In this document: positions 50,767-62,165 of the stretch, piece after piece
Numbering within the stretch: position 1 is the stretch's first letter
How the letters are laid out: each line of letters begins with the position of its first letter
Assembly: GCF_044704955.1 (NCBI RefSeq)
Contig: NC_091982.1
Span: 81,406,001-81,470,000, forward strand
Reading direction: 5' to 3'
Source: Pristiophorus japonicus
Lineage: Eukaryota
DNA length: 64,000 bases
The notes under the pieces: generated by a model
Database searches by the model: none
Told to the model about the DNA's origin: nothing
The model's input: the letters and a program-made list of their open reading frames with translations, nothing else
Position numbers and translations under genes: made by a program

Positions 50767-51351
50767 CTCCCGCTAAACAACCTGGCAGACCGAGTGAATT
50801 TGGGACTCATTCCAAGTTCGGAAGAGGGGTGGCCTGTAGCATGCCAACTGTTGAAAGAGGATAGAGGAGGGATTTTGCACATTCACCATAATATCAGCCT
50901 GTACCCTGAGACCAGAGATGCACTTTTTAACAGGAAGAATGTTGATGCAGGTCCTTATAAAGAACAGCAGCAGAGTTTAACAGCAATGCTCCCAGCTTCA
51001 TTGACTGAGAGAGCTGGGAGCAGCTCTGAGACTACAACTCCAGCATTCACACGTGCATTTAAAAGGGGTGCTACTGAAGAAAGCATACTTAACTCGAGGT
51101 GGAAGGGACCAATCAACAGGTCACAAGTTGGAACAAACTCTGGAACGTGCTTTAAAAAGAGGATATTTACTCATCTGGAATGTCAAGTTTGGGCAGAGTC
51201 AGTGGCATTAAGGATTAGGAATGTATTAGAAACTCTCCACAAAAGGCCATGGTGGACAAATATCTTGCATATTGAGCATGTGAAGTCTTATGCACCACAT
51301 ATTGACCATATTGTACTGGACTTGGAATGTAAGCCATGTGATGACAATTAA
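50767..51351 (+). CDS. TRMT12: TRMT12 last coding exon (LPLNNLADRVNLGLIPSSEEGW...VLDLECKPCDDN*)
   Basis: ttgcag acceptor at 50766; TAA ends at 51351; TYW2 C-terminal motifs. Confidence 0.95.
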   Translation, partial: LPLNNLADRVNLGLIPSSEEGWPVACQLLKEDRGGILHIHHNISLYPETRDALFNRKNVDAGPYKEQQQSLTAMLPASLTERAGSSSETTTPAFTRAFKRGATEESILNSRWKGPINRSQVGTNSGTCFKKRIFTHLECQVWAESVALRIRNVLETLHKRPWWTNILHIEHVKSYAPHIDHIVLDLECKPCDDN

Positions 51352-51710
51352 TATGCTGAAAGTATTGATTTTTCACACATAATAATTCATGAAGGTTGAG
51401 AATCCAAAAATACCTGAACTCGTATATGTATCCAGGTTATAAAGGTGTTTTAAACAGCTTTCAACCTCCTTGTCAAAATTGTAAATCTCACTGCCTCGTG
51501 GAGCAGTACAACTTGGGTTCATGTCTCTGATGTGATTGCATTGGCAGAGGTCTGGGAGCATGTTACCTACCCACCATCCCATAAGAAGCATCCTGCTGGT
51601 GCTGTTACAATTTGCCTTCATTAACCAAGGAACAGGTTTGCTTTATCCCTAACTGCCAACCAAGGAGGTTAGTCTGGATTTAAGGTAGGAGAGAAAAGAA
51701 AAACTAAAAC

Positions 51711-51755
51711 ATTAAATAAATCGTATCTCGCAAATTTATTTTGTTAACAAATAAA
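51711..51755 (+). terminator. Probable TRMT12 polyadenylation signals
   Basis: Overlapping ATTAAA/AATAAA at 51711-51720 and AATAAA at 51750-51755, followed by a T/GT-rich tract about 400 nt after the stop codon. Confidence 0.7.
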
Positions 51756-52949
51756 AATACTTTGAAATCTGTTCATGTTTTCACTTTTCTTCATAAAGAT
51801 ATTTTAGGATAATATCCTACTCTATCTTCGAGTATAAACAAATATCCTTTGTGTCTTTTAAACCTATTAAAGTGAGCAAAATTTGTTAAACTTTGAGAAT
51901 GGCTGTCATTATCTGTCACCATTCTAATGCTGTTTCTAATCCTGAATGCTGGGATGTGACGATTCATTCTTACTCTTGGTCCTTTGCATCTGTCACTCTC
52001 TTGCTCCATGGCTGTGTCTCCTCCCCTTTCTCACTGTGTGTCTCACGCACTCAGAGATTGTTCGTGGCTCCACTGCATGTCCTTCTGTTTGCTGGATTTT
52101 CTTTTTTTACATCTCTGCGAGTCGGAGTTGCAGCCGTGAGGCTGCCTACTGCTCCCTAATCTCCTTTGAACTCTACGCCCTTGCTTTATTGATGCAATCA
52201 GCCAAGATTGCCAAAACTTTAGTTCAACTTTAAGAAACAAACGCTGACTCTAGTCAGCCCAGACTTGCTCTCATACATATGCATAGAAAACAGGAAAGGA
52301 ATAGAAAATTCTGTCACAATGTTATAAATTACCTTTGTTTAATGACATACTACACTTTGTATGATATGTTACTTATCAGCAATGTGAAAATGGCCTACTG
52401 TTCCTAAGGTCTTATGGATTTTCAAAGCATTGACAGAACAAGTGCCCCCACCCATCTCATCTGCTCCATGCCTTTAAGATGCTGCACATTCTCTTTTTAC
52501 AAGATCTTCCTACCTATTCTGAGTCTCCAAGATTATCCCCATACCTCTGAAAATCATGTATTTTACTCAAGCATCCCTCCTTTCTGACAAGTACTTCCCT
52601 ATCAATGTGCTTCAGAACTTCTTCCCACTATGTCATTGTTGCTACTCTTCCTTGGCTTCATTCATAAGTTGGGTAATGGGCTGGATCAACCCCTGCATCT
52701 CAGTACCACAGGAGCCCACACTCCTAGCCCTGTGCAAGAAAAGCTGGGTGCATTGGACAAGAGTTACCGAATTTGAGACACATGTAGTGGTGAAGAGCAT
52801 CATTGGCAATGCAGACACCAAATTTGTTGAAATGCGAATGGTTCCAGCAACAACTTTTGATGTTTGTACACTATAACATGTTACATTAGAAAAGGATTGC
52901 TAAATATCAGTAATGCTCAGTAGAATAAAGATGACCAATCAATAAAATG

Positions 52950-53790
52950 ATAATACAATAATACCAAACTCGTGGGTATAGCTAACACTGAGGAAGAATG
53001 TAGCATAATACAAGAAGACATTAGAAAACTTGCAGACTGGGCAGTTAAGTGACAAATGAACTTTAACAATAGATAAATGTGAGGTATGAAAAACAGAAGC
53101 ATCACCCACACCTTAGAAAACAAGGTGAACAAATCATTAAAAGCAGCATTGCAGGTCACTAAAGCAATTAAAATGCTAACAAAGTACTGGGATTTATTTC
53201 TAGCGGTATAGAATTCAAAAGTAGTGAAGTTATGTTAAGCTTGTCTAGGACCCTGGTCAGGCCGCACTTCGAGTACTCGGCACAGTTCTGGTCTCCATAT
53301 GACAAAAAGAACAGAAGCACTGGAGAAAGTGTAAAACAAGATTTGCAAGGATGGTACCAAAAATGAGAGATTACAGGTATCGGGAAAGATTGAACAAGTT
53401 GGGGCTTTTTTTCTTTAGAAAGGACAAGACGTAGAGGTGACCCGATAGAGGTCTTTAAATTATGAATGGGTTGGACAGAGTAGCTCAGAGAATTTTCCAC
53501 TTGTGGGAGAATCCAAAACTAGGGGCCATATAGTTACTAATAAATCCAAAAAGGAAATAAGGAGACATCTCTTTACTCCAAGTGGTTAGAATGTGGAACT
53601 CGCTACCAGAGAAAGTGTTTGAGGCAAATAGCTTAGTTTCAAAACGAAACTAGAAGAGTACATGAGAGAAAATGGAATAGAAAGATGTGCTGTAAGACTG
53701 AAGATGAGGTAGATGGAATGGCAGGAGACTCGTGTGGAGTATAAACACCAGCACGGGCCGAGTGGTCTGTTTCTGTGCTGTATAGTGTAA
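52950..53790 (+). mobile_element. Old CR1 3' fragment
   Basis: GTCAGGCCGCACTTCGAGTAC...GTTCTGGTCTCC (RPHxEY.AQFWSP) and GTGGTTAGAATGTGGAACTCGCTACC. Confidence 0.8.
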
Positions 53791-54219
53791 AAGATTGATC
53801 AATGTCAGGTTAACTGTAGAACATCAATTGACAACTAGTTTCAGAGATGCCATTTTCAAAATCTACGTTCACTTTTTCACGCCTGGCTTGCATTGCAAGA
53901 TGCACTTTCTCCCACAGGTGGCAATGTTCTGATTTTCTTCTGCTCATCCAATTCTTCCCTTTCCACTTTCAGTGTTCACTTTTTGTTACGGTACCGTATC
54001 ACGAGTGCTGGTCACACTCTGATACCTTACCTACTGTTCATGTATGTCAGCAGGCTATTCAACTGGGCGGGGGGAGACGCATCACATCCCACGGGCATTC
54101 TTGCTCAGCAGTGAGAACTGGCAGTGCACCGACCTACCACTGCTCTCTGTGAGGCCAGCTAACTGCACAGATTGCAGCATCAAATCTCAGGCTCAGCCAT
54201 TTCCCAGAGAGGAGGGCGC

Positions 54220-54448
54220 GATGGGGACTGTGCAAAGAATGGCCTGGAGTCAATAGGAGGATCGGGATTTTGAGCCAGTTCCGCCCATAGGTGGCGGGAT
54301 CACTTTGCTCTGCCTCCAGCAGAAACGTTTTCAAAAGTTTCGCTTCCGGAACCAGCGGAAGAAAGAAGCCAGAAATCCGAGCGAAAGGATTAGAAAAAAC
54401 AAATCCTTCGGAGGGGGTTTTAGTTGTGTCCTGTATTCCAAAGTAAGT
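54220..54448 (+). promoter_or_regulatory. Candidate promoter and non-coding first exon of a downstream gene
   Basis: Local CpG cluster, GC boxes, inverted ETS pair CGCTTCCGGAACCAGCGGAAG (54341-54361), consensus donor GTAAGT at 54443-54448. No coding exon was found downstream within the window. Confidence 0.45.
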
Positions 54449-55924
54449 GAATTTTTTTTTTAAAGTAACTAATATTGCAGTGTTTGCGTGTTTTATGGGT
54501 AAGATCCTGTCCCACATATACCTGCTTCAGGGTGTGATGAAACAACTGAAGTAGTTTCCAAACTTCTTCAAGTTAAACAAAGTTTGATTTTTCAACGAAA
54601 CAAGGGCTGAAATGTCCCGCAGAATCGTTTCAACTAGAAACGGGCAACAGTGAGAAGGCAATCCGGGTTGTGGATTTATGTAATTCAGATTCGATTTATT
54701 TAATTCAGATAAGAAGGAAAAGGCGTTTTCGGTGTCAGAATATCCTGTTTATAAATAATTGGCAGAGCGGCAGTCACGCAGATGCAGACATAAAAGGACA
54801 GTGTGCAACAATGGGAAACTCGATGGCTGGGTGTTTTTAAGGATGTAGCAATGTGCACTGTCCAGGAATTTACACCCTGCCCACAAGTTCAGTGGGAGCC
54901 CAGCTCTGTGCTGCAGGCCGGTCCGGGGTACGTGCAGCTAGCCTCGCAATCTCGGCACTCAGATTATCCACTCTTATGTCTGCAACTTTCACATTACGTT
55001 CAAGAAAAATCAGTAGTTTCACTGATTAAAAATCAAAATTATTCTTTTAAGTTAAATCGGTTCCAATTGGCAAATAATGACTTTTTTGGCATCGAACATG
55101 GAAAACATAAACATGGGGCATCATGCCACGCCACTGACATTGTCTGGAAACATGGCGAGTACGAGTTAAATGGAAAAAATAACTTCCATAAGGAGAAGGC
55201 TGCCTGTCTATTATGAATGGAACATAAAGACTTGTGTACAACTGTGTTAGAAGAGTATATGAAAGCATGTAAAAGGCTTATGAACATTTCAGGGGGAAGA
55301 ATTGCTGCTAATTATTGTGAAGGGATTTGGAATTCAAGGATGGCACTACCTTTGCACTCATTGTAAAAATATAAAAAATATATATTTCAGATCCTACTTA
55401 AATATTCCAAATGAGATGAAAGAAATTCATATTTACAGCTTTTTTTTAAACTGATTTTTTTAGAATGAAGTATTTAGAGTGGTTATGTTGTATCCTGTTG
55501 AACCACGAGGTGTAGGAAATTGAACATTTGAATGAAGAAACTCGGGTGAAAGGCCAAGGCCATAGATTTGGTCCAAAAGAATAGAAGAGATAACCAGGTA
55601 AACCAGGAACAGCTGATTAGATGATGCCCAGCTTGGGTTTTAAAGACCTGAAGACTGGAGGAGTTAACCAATCGTCATCTAGTTTAACATTGGTTAGATG
55701 GAGGTTCCCTTTTCACTGACCCATCCAATGTGTCCTAACTCCCACCTCAGAAAAGTAACCTTTATCGTGCTAACTATCCTGCTGCCTCTCTGGGCAGGGT
55801 TTGTGCTGTGGACCCCTGCCTGCTAAAAATTGGATTAAGACTATTTTAAATCATTTCACATGGACCCTTACATCTGGCACAAAGGAACGACATCTCCTCA
55901 GTCCAAGATGAGTTTCAGAGGTAA

Positions 55925-56430
55925 ACCATAGAAATTAGGAGACCATTTGGCCCATCAGGCCTGTGCCAGTATTAACTTTTCAATTGAAGTTACCTACTCT
56001 AATCTACTTTTCCCCATATCCTTTTGTATCTTCCTTTTCTATAGCTACTTGAGGTAAAATATTTGTGCATCCATTAACTTCCCCCTTCATTGTTCCAGCA
56101 ATAATCTTGAGTCTGTCCCCTTGTTACCAATTCACCGAATGGAAACAATCTTTTAATATTTACCATCTCATAACCTTATTTTGAAAACATCTGTTACACC
56201 CTCTCTTAATCTTTTCTGTTCCAGTGAGAAATAAATAATTTTTCAAGTCTTTTTTCATAACTCTAATATCTCATTCCTGTATCATTCTAATGAATATTTG
56301 CCACACCCTTTCCATGGCTCTAATAGCTTTTGTGTAATAAGGTGCCAGAACTACATGCCTGTAACCCAACTGTGGCCTAACCACTGTCTTGTACAAATTC
56401 TACATCACTGCCTTGCTTTTATTTACAATA
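55925..56430 (-). mobile_element. Highly decayed CR1 3' fragment
   Basis: CCATTTGGCCCATC 3' UTR motif and CCAACTGTGGCCTAACC (reverse of VRPQL). Confidence 0.55.
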
Positions 56431-56770
56431 TCCCTAAGAATTAAAACCCAGAATCTAATTTTCTCTCATGGCCTTTTCTGCCTGCACTCTCAAGTTTGAA
56501 GACCTCTTTATCTGTACTTCTCAAACACTCTGTTCCTATACCCTCTGTTGAGAATTTATTAATAGCAATAATATAACCCGAACCCAGGTGGCCCCGTCTC
56601 CTCTGGATCAGTTGGAGTGACAGATATGGAAGAAAATAAATGATGTATTCCATGCCTGGCACAGCCTGAAGAAGAGTCAGACCATAAGTGAAAAAAGCAT
56701 ACAAAATTATGACCTCACTCATTTTAAAAGTCAGAAATGGCTTCAGAAGTTGGAGATTTAAAAACGTAAT

Positions 56771-57363
56771 GGGCCATAATTTGCGGCCCCTATGAGGTGC
56801 GCACACGCCCATAGGGACAACGCAAGTTCTGGGTTTAGGCTTGCGTTGCGCATGCGCAGAAAATCCGCAACTTGCAATCTGTCAAGAATCTTCTTTGACA
56901 GATCCACCGCATCCCCGGGAAAAGGACCTCCGCGGGCAGGGCCCAACTTCTGCCCAGCGAATGCCTGTGAAATAAGGTAAATTTATTTTTAGCCGCTTTA
57001 AAACATATAATTTCTTTCAATTTAATTTTTAAGTATTTAATTAAATGTTATTTTAATTAATTTTAGATATGTAGTGTTTTTGGGGGTATTCCCATTCATA
57101 CTTACGGGATTTCCATACATATACAATCCCTATAAGCATGAATGGGGATTTCCTTTTGTCATTCATTGGGCTGGCCCACGTGATCCCAGGGGCACTTGTG
57201 AACCCCGTGCGCCCCTGAGATAAGTGGGTCTCTTCCCGCAGGTACCCGGAGAGCCTCAGGACCGCAAATCACCATAACTCCTGGCCCACTGGGTACATGG
57301 GCATTTTATTTGCGGATCGGAGGCAATTTCCCACGGGAAGCCTCGGACTGCAACTTCAGGGCC
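56771..57363. mobile_element. Degenerate Harbinger-like MITE
   Basis: Imperfect TIRs GGGCCATAATTTGCGGCCC and (rc) GGCCCTGAAGTTGCAGTCC; CpG-rich arms including TGCGCATGCGCA around an AT-rich centre. Confidence 0.5.
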
Positions 57364-57414
57364 AGTTTGTTATAATCAGATAAACTGATTGACGCTGATG
57401 ATTACATCCAATTA

Positions 57415-58230
57415 CGTAGAATCTACAGAATACAGACCATTCACAAGCCTCCTCCCACTCTGAATTACTTCTTCCCACTCTGCTGCCATATCCCTATATT
57501 TTCTGCTCCCTCATGTATGCAGAAAGCCTCCCCTTTAATTTATCAATGCGTTTTGCTTCAGCCACTCTATGTGACACCGAGTTGCACATTCCATATGCTT
57601 CCCAGTTCTAGTCTCACCCACAAGTGGAAACAGTTTCTTTACATCCATCCTATCGAGTCCATTCATAATTTTGAAGATCTCCATCAGGTCTCTTCTTAGT
57701 CTTCTCTTTTCCAAAGAAAAGAATCGCAGCTTAATAACTTTGCATTTTGCATGAGTCTTCTGCTCGCATTTTTCCAGACATTTTGGAAGCTTTCTTTAAA
57801 GTCAGGTCCCATTAAATATTTGATCAACTCTGTCATTCCTTTAACTATCCCTTTAACTATAAATCCTGTTTACAACCAAATATTTATCCAACTCCATTTC
57901 AGAGAAGTTAATCGCTTCAGCCTCAAGGCCTTGTCAGGGGAGTCTGTTCCGCATACCTACTATTCTGTATGGGGAGGGAAGCTTTTATTCTCTTGCCTTA
58001 CTTGAGGCTTTTAGTTGTTTTTTAAGCTGTGACCTCCAGTTTTCTGACTCAATATAGTCAGCTTATAATTACAACATCTATGGCTTCTGAGCATTTCAAA
58101 GTTATGAGGTGTTCTCTGAATCATTTTTCCAGTGAAACCAGATCAGCTCTATGAGCCTCTCCTCATTACTTAGAGTTATAAAACCCAGAATCATCCATGT
58201 AAATCTTCTACAAACTATCTCCAAAACCGC
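57415..58230 (-). mobile_element. Highly decayed CR1 fragments
   Basis: CCCACAAGTGGAAACAG, CTTCTCTTTTCCAAAGAAAA and GTTCCGCATACCTAC are reverse matches to CR1 3' ends. Confidence 0.5.
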
Positions 58231-59298
58231 GTACATAGTTCATTAGGAATGGCACATTTGTAATGTGTACGGTTAGAGAAACTACTTTTGAATTTTATAG
58301 TTAAGGTTATTGATTTGTTATCACTAATATCCACCCAGAAACCGCCATATTCACTGCCTCTAGACTTTATTGCAGTACTTGGGTAACAAGTCGTATTGTG
58401 TGTGCTCGGTGTAGAAATTCAGGGGATTTATTGCAGAATGTGTCATTTCAAATCACTGCCCTTATTTATATCAAGTGCTCTCAAAATATAACCTAGTATA
58501 TGATTCAGTTTTTTGATAACTTCACATTGACTGGAAACTTTAAATGAATGATCAATTTCTATTTCCTTCTGCACTTTTCCTAACTCCTGTTGGTTAATAA
58601 TACATTCTCGGAAAGTATTGTACAGGTATACAGCAGCAAGAGTAACCACTTTCTTAATCTCTTGGCAAGTTTTCACTCTCCTGAATTACTTTCTAAAAGA
58701 TTATTCTGCTCATTGTGACTCTTTTCAAGTAATGTTCTGAGCGACAAATTTGTTATGTGGTTTAAATCGGCCATCATTTGGAATTAACCTTGGGTAATCC
58801 TGCTGGTTGGGATACAAAAATCTCCACCGCTTGGATAAACATATCTAAACAACAATTCTAAAACGCACAAGTGAGAAACATTGATCTGCCGCCACCCGCC
58901 TAACAGTCTGTGCAAACACTACGCTGGGGTGTTATCACTAACAGTTTCGCTGTGTTTTTTAAGCTTGGAACTATCTGATCCCAACTACCAGAGTGACCTT
59001 GTCTAAGTTCAGCCAGAATTCTAAACCATAGATATTTGGATTCTTGCGAGTCAGTTACAAGGTTGTAATATCAATGTGAGGTTCAGGTCACATCACAAAC
59101 CATGTGCATGAAAATTATACAATTTAAAATTATCACTTAAATCCTGAGATTATAACTTCTTGCTCTTTCCTGGGCTACCGTTCTGAAAGAGACTTGGGAA
59201 GTTAGGGTTTTTTTTCACTAGAGCTGAGAAAGTTGGGGGTGGGGGGGATTGACCTCATACAGGTTTTTAAGATTATGAGAGGTCATGATAGTAATTGT

Positions 59299-59858
59299 CT
59301 CAGTACCAGACTGAAATGCCAGTTTAGAGTACGTGCTCAAGTCTCTGCTACGGGGCTTTAACACACAACATTCTGATTCAAAGGCAAAGCGTTACCTCTC
59401 ACACCCGGGGGAAAAAGCAGAGTTTCACCAATTGAGTCAGCCACTGTGGTGGGAAAGAAGGAGACTTTGACCCATTTCATCATCCATTGCTGGGGGAAGG
59501 AACAGAGTTTACCCCCTGCTGCACTGTTGGAGTTGCCATCTTTTGGATGAGACATTAAACTGAGGCCCTATCTGCCCTCTTAGGTGTATATAAAAGAACC
59601 TATATTACTATAGTATAGAAGAGTAGGGTAGATCTCCTGGTGTCCTGGCCAATATTTATCCCTCAACCAAGACCACTAAAAAAAAATATCTGGTCATTTA
59701 TCTCATTGCTGTTTGTGGGACCTTGCTGTGCACAAACCGGCTGCCATGTTTTCCTATATTGCAACAGTGAGTACACTTTAAAAGTGCTTAATTGGCTGTG
59801 AAGGACTTTGGGATGTTCTGAATTCATAAAATGTGCTATATAAATGCAAGTTTATTCT
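59299..59858. mobile_element. Deu-type SINE with inverted 5' head (head 59299-59396 minus; body 59517-59858 plus)
   Basis: Body has TGCTGCACTGTTGGAG...GTCCTGGCCAATATTTATCCC...GTGCTATATAAATGCAAG; the tRNA-like head is in reverse orientation to its left. Confidence 0.75.
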
Positions 59859-60096
59859 TCCTTTCCATTGGTCAGTGAGATGGCAAAGAGAGAGCACACA
59901 TTTAAGAAAATCACAATGAATTAAAGGGGAAATGAGTAATACACTTTTTGCACATAGGTGGTTACAATATGGAAGTCTCTGTCACAAACCATTGTTGAAA
60001 CAAAGTCCATAAGTACTTTGAAAGGGAAATTAGATTGTTGCTTGTAAATGAGGAGCATTAAAGGATACAGGAAGTGAGCAAATTAGGATGAGACTA

Positions 60097-60307
60097 AAAT
60101 AAAAACAGAAAATGCAGGAAATACTCAGCAGGTCAGGCAGCATCTATGGAGCGAGAAACAGAGTTAACGTTTCAGGTTGGTGACCTTTTTGTTAGAACCT
60201 GAAATGTTAACTCTGTCTCTCCACAGATGCTGCCTGACCTGCTGAGTATTTCTAGTATTTTATGTTTTTATTTCAGATTTACAGCATCCACAGAAATTTG
60301 CTTTTGT
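60097..60307. mobile_element. Fold-back Penelope-like short element with 15-bp TSD
   Basis: About 80-bp inverted arms; ATTAGGATGAGACTA is duplicated at 60082-60096 and 60308-60322. Confidence 0.75.
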
Positions 60308-60398
60308 ATTAGGATGAGACTAGATGGGTAGTGCAGAGTATAAATTTGGTGCAGGCTTAATGGGCTGAATGGCTTATTTCTGTGGTGTAACATTCTAT

Positions 60399-61722
60399 GG
60401 GCCCAAGTTTCCACACGCGCCTAGAGTCCCGACCTGGACGCCCCTTTTTCGCGCCACAAAGTGCGCCTAAAAAAATCCTCGGTATTCTCCACCTACTTGC
60501 AGGTCCTCTGGCCCTCGGCGCAGCCAGCACGAGCTGTGGGGGGCGGAGCCAAGTCCCTGCGCTGAAAACAGTGCCGGGACCTCTGCACATGCGCGCTACA
60601 GTGGGCACGCAAGTGCAGTAGCTCCAGGCGCCGAACTGTGTGGGAGGGGCCCGAAGCACGCAGCCCCTAGCCCTGGCTGAATGGCCTCACTGGGGCTGCG
60701 TGAATAAGGCTCCTCCCACGGCCAGCTCCTGCTCTTCCCCCCCCGACCAGACCCGACACTCGCTCCCCTCCCCCCCCACTGCCTCCGGACCAGACCCGAC
60801 ACTCACTCCCCGCCCCCCCCCCCCCCGCCTCCGGACCAGACCCGACACCCGCGCCCCCCCCCCCCCCCCGAACTGACCCGACTCGACCCGCGCTCCTGTT
60901 CCCGCTCCCCGACTCCACGACTGGACCCGACCCGACCCGCGCTCCCGCCCCCCCCCCGACCCGACCCCGCCCCCACTGGACCCGACCGGACTCCTGCTCC
61001 CGGACTGGATCCGACCTGACCTCCCCCTCCTCCCCCCCCTCTCTCTCCCTCCCCCCCCCTCTCTCTCTCTCTCTCTCCCTCCCCCCCCCCCCTCTCTCTC
61101 CCTCTCTCTCTCTCCCCCCCCGACCCGAACCGAACCTCCCCTCCCCGACCCGACCCAACCCAACGCCACCTACCTGTAAATCTGGTGCTGGGGACGGGCC
61201 CTGCCCGAAGTCTCGGGCCGGCCCGTTCAGCCTTCGGTCCCGAAAGGCCTGCCTGAAGCACTTTCACACAGGTAGGAAGATGGTTTATTTAATCTTTTCT
61301 TTGCTTATAAATGTTTATTCAGGTTGGATTTATTTGTATAATATTTGTATAAGTATAAATAAGGATTTATTATAAAATTTAATGACTTCCCTTCCCCCAC
61401 CCCACCTTGTTCTGGACGCCTAATTTGTAACCTGCGCCTGATTTTTTAATGTGTAGAACAGGTTTTTTCAGTTCTACAAAAATCTTCACTTGCTCCATTC
61501 TACTTTAGTTTGGAGTACGTTTTCACTGTGGAAACTTTCAAATCAGGCGTCAGTGGCCGGACACGCCCCCTTTTGAAGAAAAAATTCTGTTCCGAAGTAG
61601 AACTGTTCTACCTGACTAGAACTGCAGAAAAAAAAATGTGGAGAATTGCGTTTTCTAAGATAGTCCGTTCTCCACCAGTTGCTCCTAAAAATCAGGCGCA
61701 AATCATGTGGAAACTTGGGCCC
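60399..61722. mobile_element. Harbinger-like MITE with perfect 17-bp TIRs and 3-bp TSD (TAT)
   Basis: GGGCCCAAGTTTCCACA ... TGTGGAAACTTGGGCCC, with TAT on both sides. Confidence 0.88.
60735..61165. repeat. C-rich low-complexity and (GACCC)n/(CT)n repeats inside the MITE
   Basis: Repeated CCGGACCAGACCCGACAC, GACCC units, poly-C and (CT)n tracts. Confidence 0.85.
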
Positions 61723-61854
61723 TATGATTCTACACAGATGTTCCTGCAAGCTATGTGTTGTGATCACTCCCCGTCTATAACACACTTTTAAATGTCATGA
61801 TTTGAATAAAGTGTGATTTAAAGTAAATGTTGGGGCAGGGTAGGTGGAAGTGGA

Positions 61855-62165
61855 CCGGTTCCAGTTGTTGAGGGGCCATGAATAAAGGATCAGATGCAAG
61901 ACTAAATGTATGACATTTAGAATAGAGAACAAGAGAAACTTCTTTACATGGGGAGTTATGAGGCTGTGGAATTCACTTCCAGGGTTAATGGTTGAGGCAG
62001 AAACTGTGTCAACATTTAAGATTAGATTGGCGAGGTGGATGAAGGAAAATGGGATAAAGGAATATGGGAACAGGGTGGTTAAACATGATTAGGACTATTT
62101 GCTCGTGTGGAGGGTAAATGCTGGCCTATAGTAGTTGGACCAAATGGGCTGTTTTCATGATGACT
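61855..62165 (+). mobile_element. Old CR1 3' fragment
   Basis: KRNFFTWGVMRLWNSLP...FKIRL; 3' UTR motif. Confidence 0.8.

Larger units (their letters stand above)
25769..51351 (+). other. TRMT12: TRMT12/TYW2 gene span (tRNA wybutosine-synthesizing protein 2), 7 coding exons, 475 aa
   Basis: Exons of 56+169+199+151+110+158+585 = 1428 nt splice in frame; motifs FDVTKCMFSSGNITEK, VVVDLYAGIGYF, ADRVNLGLIPSS, VKSYAPHIDHIVLD. Confidence 0.96.
59190..60398 (+). mobile_element. Old CR1 3' end split by SINE, Penelope-like and MITE insertions (tail resumes at 61723)
   Basis: Collinear pieces at 59190-59298, 59860-60096, 60323-60398 and 61723-61732 (ATTCTAT|GATTCTA tail). Confidence 0.65.

Noticed and set aside
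54803-55287. 137-aa ORF as a coding exon of a third gene
   Set aside because: No recognisable homology and no convincing splice boundaries.
60596-61267. Gly/Arg/Glu-rich ORFs
   Set aside because: Translations of the low-complexity MITE core.
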